64,000 nt of DNA, taken from assembly GCA_051251855.1 (NCBI GenBank), contig JBPOGI010000003.1, positions 96,001-160,000 of the forward strand, in the 5' to 3' direction. This document shows positions 39,143 to 49,607 of the stretch, piece after piece. Source of the stretch: Roseibacillus sp. (lineage in GTDB: Bacteria > Verrucomicrobiota > Verrucomicrobiia > Verrucomicrobiales > Akkermansiaceae). The translations under genes and the position numbers were made by a program. Within the stretch, counting starts at the first letter, position 1; each line of letters starts with the position of its first letter. The notes under the pieces are model-generated. The model did not search any database. It was not told where the DNA came from and saw only the letters and a list, made by a program, of their open reading frames with translations.

Positions 39143-40060
39143 CTAGGGCTGTGGTAGGAGGATGGTCTTGGCGAAGTTGTAGCTGTTCCTCTCCATCAAT
39201 GTTTCTTTGGCGGATTGGCTGAGGTTGCCATTACGGAGGGCTTCGAGAGCGGAGTCGTTGATTACGGTGAGAGAGAGATCAGCAGCTACGATGTAGCCAT
39301 TGGCATAGTCGGTCGCAGGATCTCCGTCGGCCACGATTCCGCTTCCAGTGAGCCGAAAGTCTTCAACAGATTCGCTCCCACCTGAGTTGAGAACGAGAAC
39401 GCGCTCGGTACGGGTGACATTGTTTTCAGTATATTCGACAACGAAAGAGAGGCTGAACTCATAGATGTTCTCGCAGACAAAATTGTCGGGGCTCGACTCA
39501 TTGCTCGCGAAGCTTTGATAGGCATTCTCTAGATCTTCTTCTCCGAGAAGACTTTCGAAGGTTTCGTCGGGATCGATGAGTTGGCGGTAAAGAATAAAGC
39601 TGGCGAATTCCTCGTCTTCGGTATCAGAGACGGGATCGCGGAAGAGGAGGCGATAGCCGACAGTGGAAACGTCGCCGCCTTGGTCTTGGGTGGTGTTGAG
39701 CTCGCCATTGTAACGGTCAGTGGCTGCAGTAAAGAAGACGGCACGGGAAGCGTTGGGGCTAGCGCTACCGGAGGGTCCTGGTGCGTTTTGTTCAGATGAG
39801 ACCCAGAGCCATTCGAACTCGTTGCCCGAGCGAACGACGAGCGATTCGAGGTCGCGTGACATTTGGTCGAAGGCTGCTTTGGCTTCTCGGGCTGCTTTGA
39901 CTTGGTTACGGCTAGTCGTGTATCCATCCAGCGCGGTAGCAGTAATAGTGACCAGCATCGCGACGATGATGGCAGTGACGGCCAAGGCAACAAGCAGCTC
40001 GACGAGAGTGAATCCTTTCTTAAGGATTCGAGGCACTTGGGTTGTTGAAGTAGTTTTCAT
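39143..40060 (-). CDS. prepilin-type N-terminal cleavage/methylation protein (PulJ/PilW-like)
   Basis: KKGFTLVELLVALAV. Confidence 0.85.
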   Translation of the reverse strand: MKTTSTTQVPRILKKGFTLVELLVALAVTAIIVAMLVTITATALDGYTTSRNQVKAAREAKAAFDQMSRDLESLVVRSGNEFEWLWVSSEQNAPGPSGSASPNASRAVFFTAATDRYNGELNTTQDQGGDVSTVGYRLLFRDPVSDTEDEEFASFILYRQLIDPDETFESLLGEEDLENAYQSFASNESSPDNFVCENIYEFSLSFVVEYTENNVTRTERVLVLNSGGSESVEDFRLTGSGIVADGDPATDYANGYIVAADLSLTVINDSALEALRNGNLSQSAKETLMERNSYNFAKTILLPQP

Positions 40061-40080
40061 GAAGAAGTGTGGAAAGGAGG

Positions 40081-40797
40081 TTAGCGGCGAGCGGTCATAG
40101 CCTGGGAGTGAATAGGATTGCCTAGAGACTTATCGAAATCTGCGCCTCCGCTAGCGAGGGGTCCGTTGAGATACTGGTAGCTATTGGCAGGGAGGACATA
40201 GAAGTCGGCTTGGAAGGCGATGACGGCGTCTTCGAAAGAGGTGGCGTCTGATGCTGTGGCTCCCGATGAGTCGACGATAGGAGCGCCCAGTTCAGCGGCG
40301 ACGAGGCCTCCATTGTTGTTGTCGCGAACGAGTTGTCGCATGCTGACGATGAAGACTTTTCCTTCGACTGCTTCCATGAGGTCTTCGAGGTCAGCACTAT
40401 CACCAAGTCGGCGGACGGCAGATTGAACAAGGTAGTCTTTGCCTGGCTCCCCGTCGGATTCGGTGTAAGGCTCGAGCTTGCCATCGGTGATTCTTGAGAC
40501 ATCTCCACGATAGTTGAAGAGGACGACGGTGGAGTCGAGGGAGCCCGAGTTGGAGATCCAATCGAAGGCCTTGTCAAAAGAGGTGTCGTAGTCGTTGAGC
40601 TCGCTTTCGCGAAGGGTGGTCATCTCTTTCTCAAGAGCGGAGGCGAGACGATCAGCTTCTTGGATGCTGATGGCGCGACGGATGGTATTGGTAGCGGGGC
40701 CGAATACGGCGAGGAAGGTGGTGAGAAGAACCGCAACCACCGCGATGGCTAGAAGGGTCTCCATCAGCGTGAAGCCGTTAGATGAGCGTTTATTCAT
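40081..40797 (-). CDS. prepilin-type protein (PulI/PilV-like)
   Basis: NGFTLMETLLAIAV. Confidence 0.85.
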   Translation of the reverse strand: MNKRSSNGFTLMETLLAIAVVAVLLTTFLAVFGPATNTIRRAISIQEADRLASALEKEMTTLRESELNDYDTSFDKAFDWISNSGSLDSTVVLFNYRGDVSRITDGKLEPYTESDGEPGKDYLVQSAVRRLGDSADLEDLMEAVEGKVFIVSMRQLVRDNNNGGLVAAELGAPIVDSSGATASDATSFEDAVIAFQADFYVLPANSYQYLNGPLASGGADFDKSLGNPIHSQAMTARR

Positions 40798-40824
40798 GAG
40801 TTTGAAAGAAGGGTTGAAGAGTGA

Positions 40825-41517
40825 TTAATCAGAGATGACATCGGTATCTCGAATGGGAGAGGTGCGGCCATTACGCCAAATGACGAATCCTTCGACGTCG
40901 TTGCCAATGACTCGTGGCTCGCTGGCGCCGGGACCAGTGACTCCGCGGCAGAGGACGAAAGTAGCGCCTGGTTCGCTCTGGCCTGACTCGGAGCAAAGTC
41001 CTTCGGAATTAAATTCGTAGTAATGGTAGGGGGGCTGGCGGACGGACTTGCCATCACCAGGAAATTTAACTCCTGAGCCGTTAGAACCATGGGTCCCCAA
41101 GCCATCGATTTGAGAGGAGGCTTGTTGGCTATAGGTAGGGTGGAAGTAGACTCCGCTGGGAAGATAGGTGCCGCGGGATTCAACCTTCCAAGTCTTATCA
41201 ACGACTTCTCCTGCATCGTTACGCTCAATTCTTTCGTAGGCGACGACGAGGAAACGGAGGTTGCGGTCTTCTTCGCTAGGGTCGGCATGGATGCAGAGTC
41301 GTGCTCGGGTGCCGCGTCCGATGGCAAGGTTGCGTGCCTCGTCCATGAGTGCCTGAGTCTGAGAAAGTCCGGAAACAGTCGCCTGCCCCTTGTCAATATT
41401 CTGAATACCGATGGCAGCAACGGAGAGCATGGCGGCCATGATTCCAACAACGACCAACAGCTCGACGAGCGTGAAACCGCGCGGCGACGGAGAAGGGTAA
41501 GGATTTTTTCTCATCAT
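40825..41517 (-). CDS. prepilin-type protein (GspH/FimT-like)
   Basis: RGFTLVELLVVVGIM, ARNLAI, and C-terminal EF.SEG. Confidence 0.85.
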   Translation of the reverse strand: MMRKNPYPSPSPRGFTLVELLVVVGIMAAMLSVAAIGIQNIDKGQATVSGLSQTQALMDEARNLAIGRGTRARLCIHADPSEEDRNLRFLVVAYERIERNDAGEVVDKTWKVESRGTYLPSGVYFHPTYSQQASSQIDGLGTHGSNGSGVKFPGDGKSVRQPPYHYYEFNSEGLCSESGQSEPGATFVLCRGVTGPGASEPRVIGNDVEGFVIWRNGRTSPIRDTDVISD

Positions 41518-41621
41518 TAGAATTAGGTTGTGCAAGAGAAGTTAGAGTCTGGCCAGTGAAAAGCAAGAAAATGTATTTACAATTGCAGTTTCTGAGGGTT
41601 TTTATTCGAGAATAGAAGCTT

Positions 41622-42626
41622 CTACTTCTCGAAATGACCTTTGCGTGGGCCGGTCATCCATTGCCAAGCCGATTCCACCATGTCTTTGACTTCTTTGTGT
41701 TTGGCTTCCCATCCAAGGATGTTCTTAGCCAGAGAGGGGTCGGCGACGAGTCGGGCGGGGTCACCTAGGCGACGGTCGCCATAGACGACGGGAACTTCTT
41801 TACCGGTCACTTCACGGGCGGCGTCAAGAATCTCGCGGACGGAGACTCCAAGGCCTGTGCCGAGGTTGCAGCGGATGGATTCACCGCCTTCTTTGAGGTG
41901 GTCGAGGGCTTTGGCATGCGCATCAGCGAGGTCGAGAACATGGATGTAGTCGCGGATACAGGTGCCGTCGGGAGTATCGTAGTCGGTGCCGAAGACGGTC
42001 ATGGTTTCGATCCTTCCCTGAATGGCGAGGAGGACGACGGGGATGAGGTGGGTCTCGGGGTCGTGCGCCTCACCGATGAGGCCATCACCCCAAGAGCCGG
42101 AGGCATTGAAGTAACGGAGGCAGGCACTCTTGAGCCCCCAAGCTGTATCGCAATCGGTGAGAATTTGCTCGAGCATGAGTTTGCTCCAACCGTAAGGATT
42201 AACGGGCTGGAGGGGGTGGCTCTCAACGATGGGGACCTCGACGGGTTCGCCATAAACGGCTGCTGTTGAGGAAAGAACGAAATTTTTGACGCCGTGATCG
42301 CGCATGGCCTCGAGCAGAATCACGGGGTCGGCGGTGTTGTTTTGGTAGTATTTGAGCGGTTCTTTGACGGATTCGCCCACATTGATGAAGGCTGCGAAGT
42401 GAAGGACGACGTCGATATCGTTCTCGCTAAAAATCTGATCCAAGAGAGGGCGATCGGAGAGGCTCCCCTCTATAAAACGGACTCGATCGTCAACAAGTGC
42501 ATCGCGGTGTCCGTAGACCAAATTATCTAAAACAAGGACGTCTCGGTCCTGAGAAGCGAGAAGACGGACCGTATGGGACCCGATATAGCCTGCCCCTCCA
42601 ACGACGAGGGTGGTGGTTTTGCTCAT
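41622..42626 (-). CDS. galE: UDP-glucose 4-epimerase
   Basis: GGAGYIGSHT, HFAA...VGES, SSTAAVYG, YGWSK, LRYFN and DGTCIRDYIHV. Confidence 0.95.
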   Translation of the reverse strand: MSKTTTLVVGGAGYIGSHTVRLLASQDRDVLVLDNLVYGHRDALVDDRVRFIEGSLSDRPLLDQIFSENDIDVVLHFAAFINVGESVKEPLKYYQNNTADPVILLEAMRDHGVKNFVLSSTAAVYGEPVEVPIVESHPLQPVNPYGWSKLMLEQILTDCDTAWGLKSACLRYFNASGSWGDGLIGEAHDPETHLIPVVLLAIQGRIETMTVFGTDYDTPDGTCIRDYIHVLDLADAHAKALDHLKEGGESIRCNLGTGLGVSVREILDAAREVTGKEVPVVYGDRRLGDPARLVADPSLAKNILGWEAKHKEVKDMVESAWQWMTGPRKGHFEK

Positions 42627-42732
42627 ATTATGAGGAAAGTAGACAAAGAGATTGCGGCGGAGTTGTCAACCGATGGTTGGCGTCGTGAAACTTTGGTGAA
42701 TAGGAATGTAGCTGCTTTCGTTGAATGCGGTG

Positions 42733-43329
42733 ATGAGAATTTTAATTTCCTTGAGTGTGGCGGCGATAGCGCTGCTTCTATCGTCCTGCGCTGACCATTA
42801 CGTTCATGGCGGGGGTCATGGACGTGGATATACGGCTTCGACGGTGTCGATTCACGCAGGTAGCGGCGGACACGGATATTATCCTTCACGCTATGGGAGC
42901 TATGGTTACGGAGTTCCTGTTCGAAGTGTTTATCCTTCTCGCTCAGTATATCAGCCTACCCGGCAGGTCAGCTATCGCAGCGGGCATCAGAGCGCACAGA
43001 GAGGGCAGGCTTCTCGTAGGAGTCACGTGGGACATGGGTCACGGGACCAACGTCCGAGCACTCGCTCGAGCCAACGCGACCAGCGCCCAGTTCAAGCCGC
43101 ACCGCAGCGTAATCAACGCCCAGCTCCTTCCTCTCGGGGGAATGGTTCAGGGGATCGCGGTAGCCGCCAGCCTGCGAGTGTAACAATGGCGTCCTATCGT
43201 CCAGCAAGCTCTCAAGCTAGCCGCAGCTCTCGTGGAGGAGGCTCATCAACGGTATCGAGAAGCGGAAGTAGTCGTGGGAGTAGAGACGGCTCTAGCTCGA
43301 GTTCGGCTCGTGGAAATCGCGGGCGATAA
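42733..43329 (+). CDS. lipoprotein with Ser/Arg/Gly-rich disordered tail
   Basis: Lipobox LLSSC; low-complexity tail with three RDQRP/RNQRP units. Confidence 0.6.
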   Translation: MRILISLSVAAIALLLSSCADHYVHGGGHGRGYTASTVSIHAGSGGHGYYPSRYGSYGYGVPVRSVYPSRSVYQPTRQVSYRSGHQSAQRGQASRRSHVGHGSRDQRPSTRSSQRDQRPVQAAPQRNQRPAPSSRGNGSGDRGSRQPASVTMASYRPASSQASRSSRGGGSSTVSRSGSSRGSRDGSSSSSARGNRGR

Positions 43330-43337
43330 GCGAACGC

Positions 43338-44069
43338 TTAAGCGGCTTCGTTGTCGTTTTCTTCGCGAGCAGCGCGTTCGCGCTTGAGTTGGGCGAGGGT
43401 GATGGGCTTCCGAAAGTATTTCCGCATCGCAAGGACTCCGACGATCGCACCACCGAGGTGACAGGCATGTCCAATTTGGAAAAGACTTTCGCCTCCGCGC
43501 ATCGCAATGGCTTCGCCGAGGTTTCCGAATACGGGAATCCCAAGACCGGGAATCATCAAAAGTAAAAGGACGGTGCCTGCAATGATGCCGTTACGGAGAT
43601 TGCGGGCGCGAATGGGAAGGGGAAACATTTTCGATTCGGGCGAGACAGTTGTGAGAGCGATGAAGAGCCCCATGCCAGCTCCCGATGCTCCAATTAAGGG
43701 AGAACCGCCTTGGAAGAGGAGATGAAGGAGTCCGCCGCCCAGGGTTGCCCAAGTTGCTGTGCGCCAAACTTCTCGTTCTCCGAAGATGTCGTGGATGCGG
43801 CCTCCGAAGTAATAGAGGAAAAAGGCATTGGTGAGCCAATGAGTCAGATTTCCGTGCAGAAGGGGATGGGTGAACAGTTCCCAGAAATGCCCTTTTTGGA
43901 AAAACCCACCACGGGAAAGGCCTAGAACTTGATACCATTCTTGCAGTGGCCCTTCCGCTCCTCCTGAGAATTGAAAGGGAAGAAAGATGAGTAGAAGGCT
44001 CAGCGGAACGAGGGTGTGAAAGTTCCACCCTGGTCGAGGAAATCGAAGACGTTTCGGGCGAAACTGCAT
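43338..44069 (-). CDS. rhomboid intramembrane serine protease
   Basis: W.LFTH..LHG..H...N, GASG and H..HLGG. Confidence 0.85.
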   Translation of the reverse strand: MQFRPKRLRFPRPGWNFHTLVPLSLLLIFLPFQFSGGAEGPLQEWYQVLGLSRGGFFQKGHFWELFTHPLLHGNLTHWLTNAFFLYYFGGRIHDIFGEREVWRTATWATLGGGLLHLLFQGGSPLIGASGAGMGLFIALTTVSPESKMFPLPIRARNLRNGIIAGTVLLLLMIPGLGIPVFGNLGEAIAMRGGESLFQIGHACHLGGAIVGVLAMRKYFRKPITLAQLKRERAAREENDNEAA

Positions 44070-44251
44070 CAAGATGGGGACCACGATACAGTGAACGCCC
44101 CACAAGTGAAGAATTTGCTTAAAAAAGAGAGTCTCCCGACTGGGGATGACAGCTCTCATCAGAGCACAATGGTCCACTCATTGAGTTGGAGACAGCGTGG
44201 AAAGAGGCTCTTTAGCCTATTTCGTTACCAAAACAGGTCTGCGGCTATGGG

Positions 44252-44824
44252 CTAGCTCTCGCCCTTAGCACGTGGTTCGCCGGAGACTCGATCACCGCCT
44301 GAGCTCGTGACGAAGGGGCCGCCTTCCATGGGTGCGACACCAGTTGAGGCGACGTCGGGCATGTCAGTAGGCTTACCGGCAAGCGGGAAGTCTTTGCGTA
44401 GTGGATAGTAGGGATAGCCCTCCCACATCAAGATACGACGTAAATCGGGATGGTCCGAGAACTCGATGCCCATCATGTCGTAGACTTCGCGTTCGTGCCA
44501 GTTGGCGCTCTTCCAAATGTTGACTGCGGTGGGCACTTTGCCGCCTTCTTCCACTTTGGAGCGGATGCGGAGATGTTTGGAGTCATCGACGTTGGCGAGC
44601 TCGTAGACCATCTCGAAGCGAGGCTCCTCTTGGTCGTGGTCGATGCTGGAGATATCGATGAGAAAGTCGTAACCGAGGGCGAAAGCTTCCTTGAGAGCGG
44701 CTTCTAAGGAGTCGAGTTCGACTACCACGGTGGTCTCGTTGCGGAATTCGACAGTTTCGAGAAGGGCGGAACCCAACTTCTCACGGAGAGAGTCGACGTC
44801 AGCGGAAATCAATTCGGAGTTCAT
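44252..44824 (-). CDS. nuoC: NADH-quinone oxidoreductase subunit C
   Basis: [23 protein letters not shown] and PLRKDFP. Confidence 0.95.
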   Translation of the reverse strand: MNSELISADVDSLREKLGSALLETVEFRNETTVVVELDSLEAALKEAFALGYDFLIDISSIDHDQEEPRFEMVYELANVDDSKHLRIRSKVEEGGKVPTAVNIWKSANWHEREVYDMMGIEFSDHPDLRRILMWEGYPYYPLRKDFPLAGKPTDMPDVASTGVAPMEGGPFVTSSGGDRVSGEPRAKGES

Positions 44825-45366
44825 GCTTCGACGGTTTTTTCTTCTTTGCTTTGGTTAAAGATGGATTCGCCTTCGATTTTTCGCTGCAAACGCATCAAGC
44901 CTTCGAGGAGAGCCTCGGGGCGAGGAGGGCAGCCAGAGATGTAAACGTCCACAGGAATGAGGTTATCGATGCCTTGAAGGACGGCGTAGCTACGATACAT
45001 ACCTCCAGAGGAGGCGCAGGCACCCATGGCGATACACCACTTAGGCTCAGGCATTTGGTCCCAAACGCGTTTGACGGCGAGGGCCATTTTGTAGGTCACG
45101 GTGCCGGAGACAATCATCACGTCCGACTGGCGGGGCGAAAAGCGCATGACCTCAGCGCCGAAGCGGGAGATATCATAACGAGAAGCCCCGGTAGCCATGA
45201 GCTCGATGGCGCAACAGGCGAGACCCATGGGCATTGGCCAGAGGGAGTTCTTGCGCATCCAATTGACGGCAGAATCCACGCGGGTAAAGATGATGTTGCC
45301 CTCGATTTTGGAATCGTAGGCAGCATGCGCTTCGGCAGAACCTCCGGAAGTATCGCTCGTGACCAT
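44821..45366 (-). CDS. nuoB: NADH-quinone oxidoreductase subunit B
   Basis: [25 protein letters not shown] and GCPPRPE. Confidence 0.97.
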   Translation of the reverse strand: MVTSDTSGGSAEAHAAYDSKIEGNIIFTRVDSAVNWMRKNSLWPMPMGLACCAIELMATGASRYDISRFGAEVMRFSPRQSDVMIVSGTVTYKMALAVKRVWDQMPEPKWCIAMGACASSGGMYRSYAVLQGIDNLIPVDVYISGCPPRPEALLEGLMRLQRKIEGESIFNQSKEEKTVEA

Positions 45367-45492
45367 AACGGCGGCACTTTACCCTGCCCAAACCGACTCA
45401 CAAGCCCGACTTTGTGAAATTTTTCACAAGGTCTTCGCGGGGAGTCCGCATTTTTCTGGCAAATCACAATTCTTTCGGGAACAACCCTTCCC

Positions 45493-46272
45493 ATGAACCG
45501 ACCCGATGGACGCCAGAACGACGAAATGCGCGAGCTCACCTTCACGCCCAATGTGGCCCCGAATTCTTCGGGATCGGTGTTGGTTTCGTTTGGAAATACC
45601 CGTGTGATTTGTGCGGCTACGATTGAAGAGTCGGTGCCGGGCTGGATGCGGTATCAAAAGGTGGAGGGCGGTTGGCTGACGGCGGAGTATTCCATGCTCC
45701 CGTATTCGACCCATGACCGGAAGCGCCGTGATATTTCCAGTGGCAGATTAGATGGGCGTTCTTCTGAGATTCAAAGACTCATTGGTCGTTCTTTGCGGGC
45801 GGTAGTGGATTTGAAAAAGCTGGGATCACGGACCATCTGGCTCGATTGCGATGTGCTGCAGGCTGATGGCGGAACTCGGACGGCTTCGATCACTGGGGGT
45901 TGCGTTGCCATTGCCATCGCCATCAACAAGCTGATGGCGGAGGGGAAGTTGAATGATTTTCCGATGAAGAGCCTCATTTCCGCGATTTCCTGTGGCGTTT
46001 ACGAAGGCGAAGTGGTCCTTGACCTCAACTACCCCGAGGACAAAGCCGCAACCGTCGATTCGAACCTCGTGATGACGGAGTCGCTCCAGTTCGTGGAAAT
46101 GCAAATGTCCGGCGAAGAAGCCACCTTTACCGACGAGCAAATGGCCGAAATGGTCAAAATGGGTAAAAAGGGTTGTTCTGAAATCACTGCGAAGCAGAAG
46201 GAAGCGATCCTCGCTGCTGATAAGGCAGGTCCCGCTGATTTAGAAGACCTCGCCTCGGCCTTTGGACGGTAG
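45493..46272 (+). CDS. rph: ribonuclease PH
   Basis: GWLTAEYSMLP, EIQRLIGRSLR and DCDVLQADGGTRTASITG. Confidence 0.97.
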   Translation: MNRPDGRQNDEMRELTFTPNVAPNSSGSVLVSFGNTRVICAATIEESVPGWMRYQKVEGGWLTAEYSMLPYSTHDRKRRDISSGRLDGRSSEIQRLIGRSLRAVVDLKKLGSRTIWLDCDVLQADGGTRTASITGGCVAIAIAINKLMAEGKLNDFPMKSLISAISCGVYEGEVVLDLNYPEDKAATVDSNLVMTESLQFVEMQMSGEEATFTDEQMAEMVKMGKKGCSEITAKQKEAILAADKAGPADLEDLASAFGR

Positions 46273-46298
46273 GGGGAGCACTTTGTTTTGAAGCGCTT

Positions 46299-47921
46299 TT
46301 ACTCGTCCAACTCGATTCGGTAGAAGTAGTGTGGCTCTTCTGGCGCGGTCAGTTTCAGCACTGCTCGGTAGTAGCCGGGATTCAGTTCGCTGAAGATGGT
46401 GGCTGCAGAATGATCGGTATTAAAGCGTAAGTCATTGGAGCCTTTGAGCTGCCATCCGGTGAGCCCGGCCTCGGCGGTAAATTCGATGAGGTGTTCAATG
46501 GCGTTCTTCTGGAAAAGGACGATGTCGAGAGGGCGGGAGAACTTGAAGAGGTAGGCAGAGCCGATGTCATCCCCGTTTGGGGGGCCGATAGCAGGGTCTA
46601 CCCCATACGCGGCTCTGTCCTCTTGGGGAGCACCGATGAGGGCGACGTCGCCATCTAAGGCAACCGCTGTACCAAAGGCGTCCCCCGTTTCCAGATTGTC
46701 AGGAATGAAGTCAGCTTGTGGCGTCCAAGCCCCAGCCTGTCGCCGAAAAAGATAGGCCCTTCCGGTATCGGAGGTGTGCCAAGGAGCGCCCGCGAGCAAG
46801 AGTTGTCCCGAGAGGGAGACCGAGGCTCCAAAACCGGGGTCGGGATCGGCTCCGACTGGCTTTAAGATCGCCTGCCCCACCCAAGTCGCCCCAGAACGAA
46901 CGTAAACATAGACGGCCCCTTCATTCGAATCTTGCTCGGGAGCACCAACGGCCACCGTCTCGCCTGAGACCGAAACCGACATGCCAAAGGCGGCATCCTC
47001 CTGTGGATTGGCGGCCTTAAGGTAAGCCTTCTCACTCCAGACTCCAGCGGCATTGCGCACAAAGATGTAGGCCGCACCTGAGTCGCTCAGGCCATCGCCA
47101 TTTTCGGTTGGATTTGCACCCGAGCCGCTCGAATCTTCGTTAATGCTTCCAATCACAGCCACCGAGCCGTCCAAGGCGACAGCGCCTCCAAACTCATCGC
47201 CATCTCCAGTATTAGAGGGCTTGAGATACGCGGTCTGTGACCAGACATCGGAGCTATCGCGTTCGAAGACATAGACGGCCCCTGCCTTTGTCAGGTCGTT
47301 ATTAGATTCTGAACCGTTGACCCCAGCAGTTCTGCTTTGCTCACTCGTGGCACCGACAAGGATGGTGTCTCCCGAGATGGCTACGGAGTAACCGAAGTTG
47401 TCACCATCGTCCGTGTTAGAGGCTTTGAGATACGCCTGCTGGGACCAATCTCCGGAGCTATCTCTCACAAAGACATAGGCAGCGCCGGCATTGGTGAAGC
47501 TGGAGTCAGATTCATCGCCATTGACTCCCGTGGCATTGCTTCGCTCTCCTCTGGCACCGACGACAATGGTATCTTCATCAATGGCTACCGAATGACCAAA
47601 CAACTCGCCGCTGCCTCCACTGGTAGCTTTGAGGTAGGTAGTTTCCACCCAACCAGAGCCATCGTTGTGGTAGATGTAGGCGGCCCCCTGGCTGGAGGAG
47701 TCTTCGTTTTGCAGATTGTTACCGATGCCATCCGAGTTGCTGTCTTCGGCGCCAACCCCGATGACGGCATAGGAGCCCGAGATTGCGACAGCATCGCCAT
47801 AGTTCTCGTCGACGCAGGGGCAGAATGAAGAGCTTTTGAGATAGTGAAGTTGATCGACGAGCAGTTCAGCTTGGGCTGAGAAACAGAGAAGGGGGAGGAA
47901 AAGTCGTGGAAATATGTTCAT
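46299..47921 (-). CDS. secreted FG-GAP (integrin-alpha-like beta-propeller) repeat protein
   Basis: About 7 repeats of YLKASN...D.FG.SVAISG.T..VGA..E...GAAYVF. Confidence 0.88.
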   Translation of the reverse strand: MNIFPRLFLPLLCFSAQAELLVDQLHYLKSSSFCPCVDENYGDAVAISGSYAVIGVGAEDSNSDGIGNNLQNEDSSSQGAAYIYHNDGSGWVETTYLKATSGGSGELFGHSVAIDEDTIVVGARGERSNATGVNGDESDSSFTNAGAAYVFVRDSSGDWSQQAYLKASNTDDGDNFGYSVAISGDTILVGATSEQSRTAGVNGSESNNDLTKAGAVYVFERDSSDVWSQTAYLKPSNTGDGDEFGGAVALDGSVAVIGSINEDSSGSGANPTENGDGLSDSGAAYIFVRNAAGVWSEKAYLKAANPQEDAAFGMSVSVSGETVAVGAPEQDSNEGAVYVYVRSGATWVGQAILKPVGADPDPGFGASVSLSGQLLLAGAPWHTSDTGRAYLFRRQAGAWTPQADFIPDNLETGDAFGTAVALDGDVALIGAPQEDRAAYGVDPAIGPPNGDDIGSAYLFKFSRPLDIVLFQKNAIEHLIEFTAEAGLTGWQLKGSNDLRFNTDHSAATIFSELNPGYYRAVLKLTAPEEPHYFYRIELDE

Positions 47922-48082
47922 GGGGGGGGTGCCTTTATATGGGGATACCATCGCGGACTCGCTTTCTGACACCGAAGATTCCATGGTCTCTCAGTTCCCG
48001 CCGCTGTGGGTGATTTTCTCTGGTGGCTTGGCTCGGCTTTTTCCTTGTGAAGCATGGCGTGGGGCATACTTTTGGTGCCCCA

Positions 48083-49573
48083 ATGAACAAGTGGCAGTTT
48101 CTTCTTTTGATGGCCTTTGCAGTTCCATTGCTACCCAAGGTTCTAGCAGAGCCAGGAGCGACCACAGAGGGGCGCTTCTATCGGATGACGAAGAGCGAAA
48201 TCCAATTCTACGTTGATGGGGAGAGGCATGAATTCAAGGAGGCAAAGACGGAGGTGTGCAACATCTCGGCTGGGAGTGTGGTGGTTGTGAAATACCGGAG
48301 TCGTTTTGTCTACACCGCCGCCTTATGCGCGTTTGTGTATCAGGACCGATCCAACTGGATTCCGATCCATCGTCCAAATTTAAGAGTTCTAGACAATACT
48401 CTCGACCCAAAAGAGGTTACTGCGGAGATGATCGAGAACTCCGCCACAACTCCTCCCGGCGGGAGGCTGGGGAAACCTTTTGCCGCCGCCTGGGAGAACC
48501 ATGACCTTCCTTCCGTTCCTGCAAACGAATGGTTTGGAGTCTCTAGAAAGAACGAATGGGGTTTGTACGGCTTTGTCGTCACTGAGGAAAAAGTGAAGCC
48601 GCTGACGGTGCCGAGGAAGTCGGCTTCGACCCAGCTTTTGACTCATGAGCAACTTTCGGGAATCGTGCTCATTGAAGGCGATGAGGGAGTGGGGAGTGGA
48701 TTTCTAACAGAGGTTGAAGATGAGCTTTGCGTGGTTACCAATTTGCACGTGCTTGGGAATAATAAGAAGTTCACGATCACGACTCTTTCGGGCCAAGAGG
48801 TGAAGGTGGATGTTAAAAGCATCAAGGGGGCAATCGGTGCTGATATCGCTTTGCTGGGAGTGGCGGAAGGACACGAGGAGTTGTTCGCTTTGGCTTCCTC
48901 TGAGGATGTGCTGGAGACGACCGCGATTGGAAAGAAGGTCGTTGTGGTGGGCAACCGATTAGGGGGAGGGGTGGCGACTCAGACTCTGGGACAGGTGAGA
49001 GGGATAGGGCCCACTCGGATTGAGGTGGATGCCCAGTTTCAATCGGGGAATAGTGGAAGACCTATCTACGATATCGAGAGTTCTGAGGTTGTGGGTGTGG
49101 CTTCCTATACCGAGACCATTCCAGCGGCAAAGATTGGAGGAGACAAGGTAAAGGACCTAAAGCTCGATGCGGAAACACGCTGGTTTGGTTATCGCATTGA
49201 TACGGTGAAGAAGTGGCAAGCGATTGAGTGGGGGAAATGGCGTCAGCAAGTCACCGCATTGGATGGATACTATCAGGCTTCCAGGAGTGGCCTTTCTGTT
49301 TTGCAGGGGAAGTTGGGGGACGACTTGGAGGATGAGACCGTCGAGAAGATGGTGGCTTCCTTTAAGCGGCAGAAATATCGTTTTGGTAATAATGGGGAAA
49401 CGAGAGCTCTGTTGTCTTCGGTTTCAGGTTACTTGAATTCAAGGAAGGCGGAGATGGACCGGATCCGGTTCTACCATTATTTTCAGGACTGTCCTTATTG
49501 GTCCACAAATGTTGCCGATCAGAAAGAGTTTAGGGCCGACTTAATTGAGGCCATGAATGAGGCTTTCAATTGA
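48083..49573 (+). CDS. secreted protein with trypsin-like serine protease domain
   Basis: GSGF, TNLHV, DIAL and GNSG.P; signal peptide from ATG 48083. Confidence 0.8.
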   Translation: MNKWQFLLLMAFAVPLLPKVLAEPGATTEGRFYRMTKSEIQFYVDGERHEFKEAKTEVCNISAGSVVVVKYRSRFVYTAALCAFVYQDRSNWIPIHRPNLRVLDNTLDPKEVTAEMIENSATTPPGGRLGKPFAAAWENHDLPSVPANEWFGVSRKNEWGLYGFVVTEEKVKPLTVPRKSASTQLLTHEQLSGIVLIEGDEGVGSGFLTEVEDELCVVTNLHVLGNNKKFTITTLSGQEVKVDVKSIKGAIGADIALLGVAEGHEELFALASSEDVLETTAIGKKVVVVGNRLGGGVATQTLGQVRGIGPTRIEVDAQFQSGNSGRPIYDIESSEVVGVASYTETIPAAKIGGDKVKDLKLDAETRWFGYRIDTVKKWQAIEWGKWRQQVTALDGYYQASRSGLSVLQGKLGDDLEDETVEKMVASFKRQKYRFGNNGETRALLSSVSGYLNSRKAEMDRIRFYHYFQDCPYWSTNVADQKEFRADLIEAMNEAFN

Positions 49574-49607
49574 GTTGATTCGGTTCTTTGGAGCTGACGG
49601 TCCGGTG

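Noticed and set aside
46500..47800. Periodic DNA similarity suggesting a repeat array or CRISPR
   Set aside because: Explained by FG-GAP protein repeats; no identical direct repeats with unique spacers and no cas genes.
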